A stretch of 62,681 nucleotides of DNA. Origin: an uncultured Anaerolineaceae bacterium. Lineage in GTDB: Bacteria > Chloroflexota > Anaerolineae > Anaerolineales > E44-bin32. Position numbers and translations under genes: made by a program. The DNA is taken from contig CAZEMA010000003.1 in assembly GCA_964513155.1 (NCBI GenBank), positions 1 through 62,681 on the forward strand, read 5' to 3'. Positions 38,156 to 46,003 of the stretch are shown piece by piece (within the stretch, counting starts at the first letter, position 1; each line of letters opens with the position of its first letter). Below the pieces are notes generated by a model. The model searched no databases and had not been told where the DNA came from. It saw only the letters and a program-made list of their open reading frames with translations.

Positions 38156-38179
38156 ATGCAAAAGTCTGCATGTATTGTA
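38156..38179 (-). promoter_or_regulatory. Candidate arsR promoter/operator: TACAAT -10 plus palindrome ATGCA-N6-TGCAT
   Basis: -10 at 38174-38179 (minus strand). The palindrome at 38156-38171 covers the predicted +1, 10 nt upstream of the arsR ATG. Confidence 0.4.
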
Positions 38180-38321
38180 ACCCAATCCGAGATGAATCGG
38201 AGTGACGTTCATCCTCTCTTCTGGGGATTCTCGGCGGCCGCCGGCAGGTATGCGTTGACCGGGCGCGGAGAGAAGGGAAGCCCGGCCTGAGTCTGGCCGG
38301 GCTTCTGCCCTTGGGGGCAAT

Positions 38322-38395
38322 TGGCTGGGGGTCGAGGATTCGAACCTCGGCATACGGATCCAGAGTCCGCTGTCCTACCGCTAGACGAACCCCCA
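38322..38395 (-). tRNA. tRNA-Gln (anticodon CUG), CCA encoded
   Basis: Hand-folded: UGGGGGU acceptor, D arm GUCU/AGCGGUA/GGAC, anticodon arm GCGGA-CUCUGGA-UCCGU, T arm CGAGG-UUCGAAU-CCUCG, ACCCCCA-G-CCA. 74 nt. Confidence 0.9.
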
Positions 38396-38421
38396 GTACT
38401 ATAGTGCCCAACGCACGCGGC

Positions 38422-38450
38422 ATTCTATCACGGCGATTACCGGCTGTCCA
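38422..38450 (-). promoter_or_regulatory. Promoter TGGACA-N17-(TGA)TAGAAT for tRNA-Gln
   Basis: -35 at 38445-38450 and -10 at 38422-38427 (minus strand), about 27 nt upstream of the mature 5' end. Confidence 0.5.
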
Positions 38451-38478
38451 CTGGACACCCGTGCCCGCGGGCGGGATG

Positions 38479-38571
38479 CTCGCCCCGCCGTCCTCGGCGG
38501 GGCGAGGAGAGACTTCGGAAGTCGGCGGTAGGTCGGCGGGCAGCTCGCCCCGGCGAGGACGCCGGGGCGAG
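38479..38571. repeat. Two inverted copies of the 28-bp GC palindrome CTCGCCCCG(G/C)CGTCCTCG(C/G)CGGGGCGAG
   Basis: Copies at 38479-38506 and 38544-38571 (reverse orientation). A third copy is at 53695-53720. Confidence 0.6.
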
Positions 38572-38641
38572 CGAAGGGGGGAGGCGATACGCCTCCGTGG
38601 GGGCTCTGGCCAGATCGGCGGCAGGACCGGCGCGTACTGCA

Positions 38642-38689
38642 GCGCGGAAGGCAGGCTGAAGGCGGTAGCCGCCGGCCTGCCTTCCGCGC
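38642..38689 (-). terminator. Strong hairpin 37 nt downstream of gltX
   Basis: GCGCGGAAGGCAGG ... inner GGCGG-TAG-CCGCC ... CCTGCCTTCCGCGC (14-bp outer stem). Confidence 0.5.
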
Positions 38690-38725
38690 CCAGCCCCAAT
38701 GAGGCCGGGCATCCATCAACTGTGT

Positions 38726-40213
38726 CTATCCCGACTGCGCCTCCAGCAGGGCCACCCCGTGATCGATCCGGGCGAGGGTCTCTGGCAGGCCGAGGATCGC
38801 CATGCTCTCGATGAGTGGCGGGCTGACGGGCTGGCCGGTGACGGCAATGCGCAGGATGCCGAAGAGCTGCCCGGCGCTGAGCCCCAGCTCCTGCGCCAGG
38901 TCTCGCAGCGGCTGCTCGGCAGCCTCAGGCGTCAGAGCGGGCAAGGAGGCGATGACCACACGGGCGCGGCGGGCGGCCTCGGCAGACTGCTGGGCCGTCA
39001 TGCCTTTGCCGATCAGATCCGAAGGCTTTGGCTCGACCGCAGTCCGGAAGAAGAAACCGGCGATCTCGACTGCTTCGTCGAGAGTCCGGATGCGCTCCTG
39101 GATGATGGGCGCGATCTGCCGCAGCCGTTCCGAGTCTGCGGGCAAGCCGGCGGCCTCGAAAAACGGGCGGAGCCGGGCCGCCAGCTCCTCTACGGCCAGG
39201 CCCCGGATGTAGACGCCGTTGAAGTGATCCAGCTTACTGTAGTTAACAGCCGCCGGGCTGGAGGTGAGCTTGCGGAGGTCGAACTTATCGATCAGCCCCG
39301 CCATGGAGAACAGCTCTGTGTGATCATCGTACGACCAGCCCATCAGGGCCATCCAGTTGAGGACGGCCTCGGGCAGGTAGCCCATCGCCTGGAGGTCGCC
39401 GACATAGATCGATTTCTCCCCGGCCTTGACATCCTCGGTTCTGCGCTTGCTCATCTTGCCCTTACCGCTGGGGCTCAGGAACAGGGAGAGGTGGACCCAG
39501 ACCGGCTGCTCCCATCCGAACGCCTGCAAGATCAGGACGTGGAGGGGGAAGGTAGGCAGCCATTCGGCGCTGCGCAGGACATGGGTGATGCCCATGAGGT
39601 GGTCGTCGACCATGGCTGCCAGGTGGTACACCGGCATCCCGTCGGACCGGAGCAGGATGTAGTCATCGATGTGTTTGTTTTCCACGGTGATTGGGCCCCG
39701 CAACAGATCGACGGCGGTGGTGCTTCCCTCTTGCGGGGTGCGGAAGCGGATGACGCAGCGCTCTCCTGCCTCGCGCCGGGCGCTGGCCTGCTCGAGGCTG
39801 AGCGAACGGCAACGGCCGTCGTAGCGCGGCGGCTGCCTGCGTTTCTGCTGCTCCTGGCGCATCTGGGCCAGCCGCTCCGTCGAGCAGAAGCAGAAGTAAG
39901 CCCAGCCGCGCCGGACCAGCTCCTCGGCGTGCTGCGCGTAGATCTGGCTCCGTTCCGACTGCCGGTAGGGGCCGCAAGGGCCGCCGACGTCTGGGCCTTC
40001 GTCCCAATCTATGCCCAGCCAGCGCAGCCCCTGCATGAGCTCGGCCTCCGCGCTGGGGACAAATCGCTTCTGGTCGGAGTCTTCGATGCGCAGGATGAAT
40101 TGGCCCCCGGTCTGACGGGCCAGCAGGAAGTCGTAAAGAGCGGTGCGGGCGCTGCCGATGTGCGAGCGCCCCGTCGGGGAGGGGGCGAATCGGGCTCGGG
40201 CGGGAATTGTCAT
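38726..40213 (-). CDS. gltX: Glutamate--tRNA ligase
   Basis: RFAPSPTGRSHIGSART (HIGH motif) and GKMSKR (KMSKS motif). Start at MTIPA (40213). Confidence 0.9.
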   Translation of the reverse strand: MTIPARARFAPSPTGRSHIGSARTALYDFLLARQTGGQFILRIEDSDQKRFVPSAEAELMQGLRWLGIDWDEGPDVGGPCGPYRQSERSQIYAQHAEELVRRGWAYFCFCSTERLAQMRQEQQKRRQPPRYDGRCRSLSLEQASARREAGERCVIRFRTPQEGSTTAVDLLRGPITVENKHIDDYILLRSDGMPVYHLAAMVDDHLMGITHVLRSAEWLPTFPLHVLILQAFGWEQPVWVHLSLFLSPSGKGKMSKRRTEDVKAGEKSIYVGDLQAMGYLPEAVLNWMALMGWSYDDHTELFSMAGLIDKFDLRKLTSSPAAVNYSKLDHFNGVYIRGLAVEELAARLRPFFEAAGLPADSERLRQIAPIIQERIRTLDEAVEIAGFFFRTAVEPKPSDLIGKGMTAQQSAEAARRARVVIASLPALTPEAAEQPLRDLAQELGLSAGQLFGILRIAVTGQPVSPPLIESMAILGLPETLARIDHGVALLEAQSG

Positions 40214-40237
40214 CGGGTACCTCAAACCAGGGAATGT

Positions 40238-40364
40238 CTAGGAGTTTGATGAAGAAACCCTGCTTCGTGGAAAGAATTCGTATATGTGGTGGTTGGGGCG
40301 AAGCCCCAACCACCACATATACGGTTCTCTTCTCCGGCAAGGCGGTTTTCCATCACCCTGCTAG
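40238..40364. mobile_element. MITE-like element, copy B (127 bp)
   Basis: CTAGGAGTTTGATGAAGAAACC...CGTATATGTGGTGGTTGGGGC-GAA-GCCCCAACCACCACATATACG...TTCCATCACCCTGCTAG. The 21-bp perfect central stem spans 40279-40323. Confidence 0.65.
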
Positions 40365-41464
40365 AACTCGATCCGCTTGTGGCGCAGCATCACGCTTTCC
40401 ACCAATCCGATGCCGAGCAAGGTGGCGACGAGGGAGGATCCTCCGTAGCTGAGGAAGGGAAGGGTCAGGCCGGAGACCGGGAAGACGCGGAGGTTCATCC
40501 CGACGTTGAAGGCGACCTGGAGGATGAGCAACACGGCCACGCCGTAGCAGATCAGTGCCCCGTGGGTATCGCGGGCCAGGCGGGCCGCCCTCAGGCAGCG
40601 GTAGATGACGAACGCCAGCAGCAGCAGGACGACGATCGCCCCGACGAATCCGAACTCCTGGGAGATGACTGAGAACATGAAGTCAGTGTGCCGAACCTTG
40701 AGGAACCGGAGCTGGACCTGCGTCCCCGCCCCGTATCCTTGGCCGAACCAGCCTCCCGAGCCGATCGCGATCAGCGCCTGGTTGACATTGTAGGTGGCAC
40801 CATACTGTGCTTGAGGATCCGGAAAGAAGAATTGGATGAGGCGGGCCTGCTGGTAGTCCTTCAGGAATGGCCAGACCAGGGCCGGAAGGAAGACGCCGGC
40901 GACGGCCACGGTGCCGAGATGGCGCAGCCTGAGGCCCGAAGCCCAGGCCAACGCCACCCAGATGACGACCAGGATAACGGTCGTCTTCAGGTCGGGCTGA
41001 AGGAAGATGAGAAGGGCGGGGCCGGCGACCAGGATCAGACTGCGTCGGACGGTCTTGAATTGGCCGATCTCGGGCTGGTGGCGGGCGAAATAGTCGGCCA
41101 GGATGAGGATCATTCCGATCTTGGCCAATTCTGAGGGTTGGAGGTAGGCGATGCCAAGGTTGAACCAACGGGTGGCGCCGAAGCCGACGAACCCGGCCGC
41201 CAGGACAAAGGCCAGGACGACGACCATGGCAATCGAGATGGCCCGCGAGAGCGCCGCCCACAGGCGGTAGTCGATGGCGGCGACGACGAGCACGACAGCC
41301 AATCCGATGGCGGCGTAGGTCGCCTGGCGTGAGGGCAGATCAGCCTGGTAGGGGTTGCCGCCGATAGCCGACTGAATCATGGCAACACCCGTGATCGTCA
41401 GCACGCTGACGACCGCCAGAAGCGGAACGTCGAAGTGGCGCCAGATCTGGGCTGAGGCCCGCAT
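40361..41464 (-). CDS. rodA: FtsW/RodA/SpoVE-family glycosyltransferase (RodA by context)
   Basis: About 10 TM helices with a typical C-terminal LTLPFLSYGGSS motif. It lies in the mre/mrdA/min cluster. Confidence 0.8.
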   Translation of the reverse strand: MRASAQIWRHFDVPLLAVVSVLTITGVAMIQSAIGGNPYQADLPSRQATYAAIGLAVVLVVAAIDYRLWAALSRAISIAMVVVLAFVLAAGFVGFGATRWFNLGIAYLQPSELAKIGMILILADYFARHQPEIGQFKTVRRSLILVAGPALLIFLQPDLKTTVILVVIWVALAWASGLRLRHLGTVAVAGVFLPALVWPFLKDYQQARLIQFFFPDPQAQYGATYNVNQALIAIGSGGWFGQGYGAGTQVQLRFLKVRHTDFMFSVISQEFGFVGAIVVLLLLAFVIYRCLRAARLARDTHGALICYGVAVLLILQVAFNVGMNLRVFPVSGLTLPFLSYGGSSLVATLLGIGLVESVMLRHKRIEF

Positions 41465-41472
41465 GGGGATTC

Positions 41473-41745
41473 CTAGCCCGGCGGCCTACGCCGGGCCCGG
41501 GCGGGCGCCAGGGGAATGTCGGCCAGCAGACGCTGCTGGTTGCGATCCCGGGTGAGGGTGACCTGCACCGAGGGTTGGTCGATCTCGACGTGGCGCGAAA
41601 GGACCGCGATTAGGTCGCTCTTAAGCATCTCGAGCATGCCTGGCGTAAGGTCGGCCCGGTCGTGGATGACAACCAGTTGCAGACGTTCCTTGGCAGCATT
41701 GGCACTGTGGCGGCGTCCGCCAAGCAGGTAGCGTAGGAAGCTCAT
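41473..41745 (-). CDS. minE: Cell division topological specificity factor MinE
   Basis: SANAAKERLQLVVIHDR N-terminus. 90 aa, downstream of minD. Confidence 0.85.
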   Translation of the reverse strand: MSFLRYLLGGRRHSANAAKERLQLVVIHDRADLTPGMLEMLKSDLIAVLSRHVEIDQPSVQVTLTRDRNQQRLLADIPLAPARARRRPPG

Positions 41746-41746
41746 G

Positions 41747-42550
41747 TCATCCGTCTCCCGGTCGCACCAGGCGAGTCAGGCGCCCGAAGAAACCATCCTT
41801 GGCCTCGAGATCCTCAAAGGGGACGGTCTCGCCATTCAGACGCCGTGCGATGTTGCGGAAGGCCTTGCCAGCCCGGCTGCGATCGTCGAGCACCGCCGGA
41901 TTGCCGCGATTAGAGGCCAGCAGGACGGTCTCGTCCTCGGGCACCACGCCGATCAACTCGATCGCCAGCACATCCAGGATGTCCTCGGTGCTCAGCATGT
42001 CGCCGCGCTTGACCAGCTCGGGCTTGAAGCGGTTCACCAGCAACTTGCCCGGCCCCTTCTCTTCAGCTTCAATCAAGCCGATGATGCGGTCGGCGTCCCG
42101 CACCGAGGAGACCTCCGGGTTGGTGACGATGACGATCAGATCGGCGGGGGCGACGGCGTTGCGGAAGCCGCGCTCGATCCCGGCGGGCGAGTCGATCAGG
42201 ACCCAGTCGAAGTCCGGGCGGAGATCATCCGCCAGGCGGATCATGTCCTGGGGAGAGACGGCCGTCTTGTCCCGGGTCTGGGCGGCGGGGATGAGGTAAA
42301 GGTCGTTCTGGCGCTTGTCCTTGATCAGCGCCTGCCGCAGCCGGCAGCGCCCTTCGACGATGTCCACCAGGTCATAGACGATGCGGTTCTCCAGGCCCAT
42401 GACGACGTCGAGGTTGCGCAGGCCGATGTCGGCGTCGATGCAGACCACCTTCAACCCCGACGACGCCAAGGCGACGCCGAGATTGGCGGTGGCCGTTGTC
42501 TTGCCCACGCCGCCCTTACCGGATGTGATCGTTGCGACCTTGGCAGTCAT
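41747..42550 (-). CDS. minD: Septum site-determining ATPase MinD
   Basis: Deviant Walker A SGKGGVGKTT and a C-terminal amphipathic tail. Confidence 0.9.
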   Translation of the reverse strand: MTAKVATITSGKGGVGKTTATANLGVALASSGLKVVCIDADIGLRNLDVVMGLENRIVYDLVDIVEGRCRLRQALIKDKRQNDLYLIPAAQTRDKTAVSPQDMIRLADDLRPDFDWVLIDSPAGIERGFRNAVAPADLIVIVTNPEVSSVRDADRIIGLIEAEEKGPGKLLVNRFKPELVKRGDMLSTEDILDVLAIELIGVVPEDETVLLASNRGNPAVLDDRSRAGKAFRNIARRLNGETVPFEDLEAKDGFFGRLTRLVRPGDG

Positions 42551-42574
42551 GCGCAGGCTCCATCCGTCCTCGGA

Positions 42575-43252
42575 CTAGCGGCGGCGATCGTCGGTCCAGT
42601 TCTCCGCCACCAGTTGCCCATCCCGGATGTGTGCCATCTCGGGTTTGGGCTTGCCGCGCCGCTCGGGAGAGACGGCGATGTGATCCGCGATCCTGAGCTG
42701 GGTCGGGGCGAGGTCGAGGGCGCAGACGATGGCCGTCTCGTCACCGGCGGCGCCGGCGTGCACGACACCCCGCAGCCGGCCCCAGACAACGACGTTGCCT
42801 CCGGCGACGATCTCCGCCCCCGGGTTCACGTCGCCGATGACGACGACGTGGCCGGGATGGTGCAGAGAGTTGCCGGAACGCAGCGTCCGCTGGACGAGAA
42901 CCGCCGAATCGCCCGCCAGCTCGGTGTCGATGGGTGTTTCCCGGCGCTCCGCCGGCCGTCCCAGCTCCACCGCCATCCCCAGGTCAGCGGCGGCACTGCG
43001 GGTGGACTTGGATTCGGAGAGCACCGCCCACAGGCTCACCTGGCGCTCGGCCAGCTCTTCGCGCAGCCGACCGAGGTCAGCGGCTCCCAATTCGCGCTCG
43101 CCGATCTGCAGGGTGATACGGGCGCCGTGGAAGAAGTCACCCCGGTCGTCGATGGCCTGCAGCAGTCCCTCATGGACCTCCGGCCAGCTATCACCGGCCA
43201 ATGTTATCAACAACCCGTCTCGAATACCCTTAATCGCGACTGGTGCGCTCAT
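42575..43252 (-). CDS. minC: Septum site-determining protein MinC
   Basis: C-terminal beta-helix repeats GHVVVIGDVNPGAEIVAGGNVVVWGRLRG. Confidence 0.8.
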   Translation of the reverse strand: MSAPVAIKGIRDGLLITLAGDSWPEVHEGLLQAIDDRGDFFHGARITLQIGERELGAADLGRLREELAERQVSLWAVLSESKSTRSAAADLGMAVELGRPAERRETPIDTELAGDSAVLVQRTLRSGNSLHHPGHVVVIGDVNPGAEIVAGGNVVVWGRLRGVVHAGAAGDETAIVCALDLAPTQLRIADHIAVSPERRGKPKPEMAHIRDGQLVAENWTDDRRR

Positions 43253-43272
43253 CGAGAGTACCTTGGGGGCGG

Positions 43273-43281
43273 ATTATAGCA
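43273..43281 (-). promoter_or_regulatory. Extended -10 TGCTATAAT (minus strand) for minCDE
   Basis: 21 nt upstream of the minC ATG at 43252. Confidence 0.45.
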
Positions 43282-43468
43282 TGCACCTGGCGCCAGGGCC
43301 ACCCGTGGGGGCAACTCCGGCCCGCAAGCCACCTGTGCCGGCCGGAAGAAGCCGAATTCGGGCCTGAGAGAGGGCCCCAGCGGCCTCTGGAGACCTTAAC
43401 CAGGCTACCAGGTCGGAGAACAAGTCGAAGCCCAGCCCAAAAGGGTAGGGCCGGTTCGCTAGCCGCGC

Positions 43469-45496
43469 CTACGGTTGGCGGGCGGAATCGATGGCCCGGA
43501 GGGCGAAATAGGCTTCCATGACCTGGCGCACGATCGGCCCGGAGGTGACGGCGCCTTCGCCGCCGTTGTAGACGAAGGCCACGACGGCAATCTCGGGGTT
43601 CTCGAAGGGGGCGTAGGCGGCGTACCAGGCGTGGGTGGGCCAGTGACCGGGCTCGCACAGGTTGCGGGAGAGGGCGACGGCGTCACAGAACTCGCCCGTG
43701 CCGGTCTTTCCGGCGGAGGAGATCGTCTCGAGTTGCGCATAGTCAGAGGCGGTGCCCTCGGTGACGACCCGATGCATGCCCTCCTGAACGAGCTGGATGA
43801 CCCAGGGCTCGACCAGGGCGTCCGGCGTGCCGGGGGTCAAGACCCCGTCGGAGATGTCCCATAGGACGCGGGGGTCGAAGTGCTGGATGACGTTGCCCTC
43901 GCCGTCGAGGACATCCTGGACGACATGAGGCCAGATCACCCTGCCGCCACTCGCGAGCGTGGCGACCGAGGTGAGGACCTGAAGCGGCGTGGCCAGTACG
44001 AAGCCCTGGCCGGTGGCGGCGTTGTAGGTATCGCCGGTCGACCAACTCTCGCCCAGGTTGATCCGCTTCCAGTCGGGACTGGGGATCAAGCCATCGTGTT
44101 CGCCGGGCAGATCGATCCCCAGGGCTGAGCCGTAGCCGAGGGCGCGAGCGTAGATCCCTATGCGGTCGATCCCCAGACCATCGCCGGCGACCTCGCCGGG
44201 GAAGCCGCCGCCGATCATGTAGAAGTAGATGTTGCAGGAGAAAGCCAGCGCGTCGAGCATGTCGATCGAGCCATGCCCTTCCGGTCTCCAGCAGACGAAC
44301 TCTTGGGCCCGGCCCGGGTCGTCCGGGAAGTAGCGGTTGGTGATCGTGATCAGTCCTGGGTCGAAGATGAGCTCGGTGGGCGTGATCACGCCTTCATTTA
44401 GCGCGCCCACCGCGGTCACCAGCTTGAAGGTTGAGCCAGGGGGGAAGGGCGATGAGATGGCGTGGTCGATCAGCGGATGGGCCGGGTCAGTGTCGAGCTG
44501 GCGGAAATAGGTCTCAGGGATGAAACGCGCCAGCCGATTGTTCTCGTAGCTGGGGACGGAAGCCAGGGCCAGGATCTCGCCGGTCTGCGGGTTCATGGCG
44601 ATGACGACGCCGATCGACGTGCGGGGCTGGCCGGCAGGGGCATAGCGGTCGAGGAGTTCCATGCGGTTACGCAGGGCGGTCTCGGCGGCCGCTTGCAGCC
44701 GGGTGTCGATCGTCAGGCGCAGGCTACTGCCCGGCTGTGGCTGCGTGATCTCCCCGACTTCGCGCAGCACCTGGCCGGCGACATCGACCTCGACCAGCAT
44801 CTCCCCGTTGCGGCCGGCCAGGATGTCCTGGAAGGAGAGCTCGACGCCCCCATACCCGACCCGGTCGCGCGAGGGCTCGAAGCCCAGAGAGGTGTAGTAG
44901 TCCACCAGGGCGGCCGGGACGGGGCCCAGGTAGCCGATAACGGCGGAGGTCAGACCGCCCGTAATGTAATCCCGGAAGGGGACAGCGACGACGCTGACCC
45001 CGGGCATGTCGATCTGCTCTTCGCGCAGGATGCGCGCGGTCTCCTCGTCGACGTCGCAGGCGACGGGCCAGGCGTCGTAGGGCCGGTTGGTGCGGCCCTC
45101 CTCGACCAGTTGGAGGACGCCGCGTCCGGGGATGCAAGCCGCGGCGGGGGGACCTTCCTGATCGAGAGGAACGCCGGTCAGGGCGGAAATGCGCTGGAGG
45201 ATGGCGTCGACCTCGGCCTGGCTGTCGGGCAGCAGGGCCGGGGTGACCATCACGTTGAAGGAAGGCACGTTTCGCACCAGGAGGATGTCGTTGCGGTCGT
45301 AGATCACGCCCCGCGGCGCCGGGATGCTCACCCGGCGCAGGCGGTTCTCGATCGCCTGGGCCTCGTAGTAGGCACCCTCCAGGACTTGCAGCTGATACAG
45401 GCGGACGACAAAGATGACCAGCACCACGCCCAGCAGAGTCAGGGTCGCCCAGAGCCGCCAAGGCACGATGCGATTGCCGCCCGGACTGTGATCCAT
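43469..45496 (-). CDS. mrdA: Penicillin-binding protein 2 (elongasome transpeptidase)
   Basis: STFK (SxxK), SCN (SxN) and KTGT motifs. The start overlaps the mreD stop by 1 nt. Confidence 0.85.
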   Translation of the reverse strand: MDHSPGGNRIVPWRLWATLTLLGVVLVIFVVRLYQLQVLEGAYYEAQAIENRLRRVSIPAPRGVIYDRNDILLVRNVPSFNVMVTPALLPDSQAEVDAILQRISALTGVPLDQEGPPAAACIPGRGVLQLVEEGRTNRPYDAWPVACDVDEETARILREEQIDMPGVSVVAVPFRDYITGGLTSAVIGYLGPVPAALVDYYTSLGFEPSRDRVGYGGVELSFQDILAGRNGEMLVEVDVAGQVLREVGEITQPQPGSSLRLTIDTRLQAAAETALRNRMELLDRYAPAGQPRTSIGVVIAMNPQTGEILALASVPSYENNRLARFIPETYFRQLDTDPAHPLIDHAISSPFPPGSTFKLVTAVGALNEGVITPTELIFDPGLITITNRYFPDDPGRAQEFVCWRPEGHGSIDMLDALAFSCNIYFYMIGGGFPGEVAGDGLGIDRIGIYARALGYGSALGIDLPGEHDGLIPSPDWKRINLGESWSTGDTYNAATGQGFVLATPLQVLTSVATLASGGRVIWPHVVQDVLDGEGNVIQHFDPRVLWDISDGVLTPGTPDALVEPWVIQLVQEGMHRVVTEGTASDYAQLETISSAGKTGTGEFCDAVALSRNLCEPGHWPTHAWYAAYAPFENPEIAVVAFVYNGGEGAVTSGPIVRQVMEAYFALRAIDSARQP

Positions 45497-45996
45497 CAGA
45501 TTGTCACCTCAGGGCGCGAGAGGCTGCGCCGCAACGCCTCGGCCAACTGGGCGGCTGGTAGCGCCAGGACCAGGTTGAGGAAAGTGCTCGGAAGCAGGAC
45601 CCGCACGGCTGCCGTCTCCAGATCGATCGTATGGCCGGCCAGCATGAGCGCGGCCAGGGTCAGGCCGTGGTAGAGCAGTGATCCTATCAATGTGACGCCG
45701 AGGGGCATCAACAGGTGCGCCTCCCACAGGCGTCCCTCCGAAAGCGAGGCCAAGTAGGCCACGAGGACCAGGGCGATGGCCGAGGCCCCGAAGGGGATGC
45801 CCGAGAGCAAGTCAAGAAGCAGGCCGCCGATCAACCCCCAGACCATGGCTTCCCGCCCGCGACCGACGACGCCCCAGCTGATGACCGCCAGGAGGATGAG
45901 GTCAGGCCTGCCATCCAGGAGGCGGATATGGCCGAAGATGGCCGACTGCAGCACCGCCAGAAACGCGAGCAAGGGGATCCCGATCAGGTAGGCCAT
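45496..45996 (-). CDS. mreD: Rod shape-determining protein MreD
   Basis: 166-aa polytopic membrane protein lying between mreC and mrdA. Confidence 0.7.
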   Translation of the reverse strand: MAYLIGIPLLAFLAVLQSAIFGHIRLLDGRPDLILLAVISWGVVGRGREAMVWGLIGGLLLDLLSGIPFGASAIALVLVAYLASLSEGRLWEAHLLMPLGVTLIGSLLYHGLTLAALMLAGHTIDLETAAVRVLLPSTFLNLVLALPAAQLAEALRRSLSRPEVTI

Positions 45997-46003
45997 GGCC
46001 GCC

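Noticed and set aside
38147-38353. Upstream extension of the arsR ORF
   Set aside because: It runs through the tRNA-Gln gene. The ArsR fold begins at MDAYKDEARILRAL.
40238-40364. Possible T-box leader upstream of gltX
   Set aside because: The sequence is the repeated MITE-like element, which is also found between unrelated genes. No T-box consensus (AATTAGGGTGGTACCGCG-like) is present.
40207-40452. ORFs that appear conserved between 40207-40452 / 40286-40672 and 15655-15894 / 15225-15734 (shared peptides such as ...KPC.VE.I..CGGWG.APTTTY...)
   Set aside because: The similarity comes from the repeated MITE-like DNA element being read in frame. It is not evidence of a protein family.
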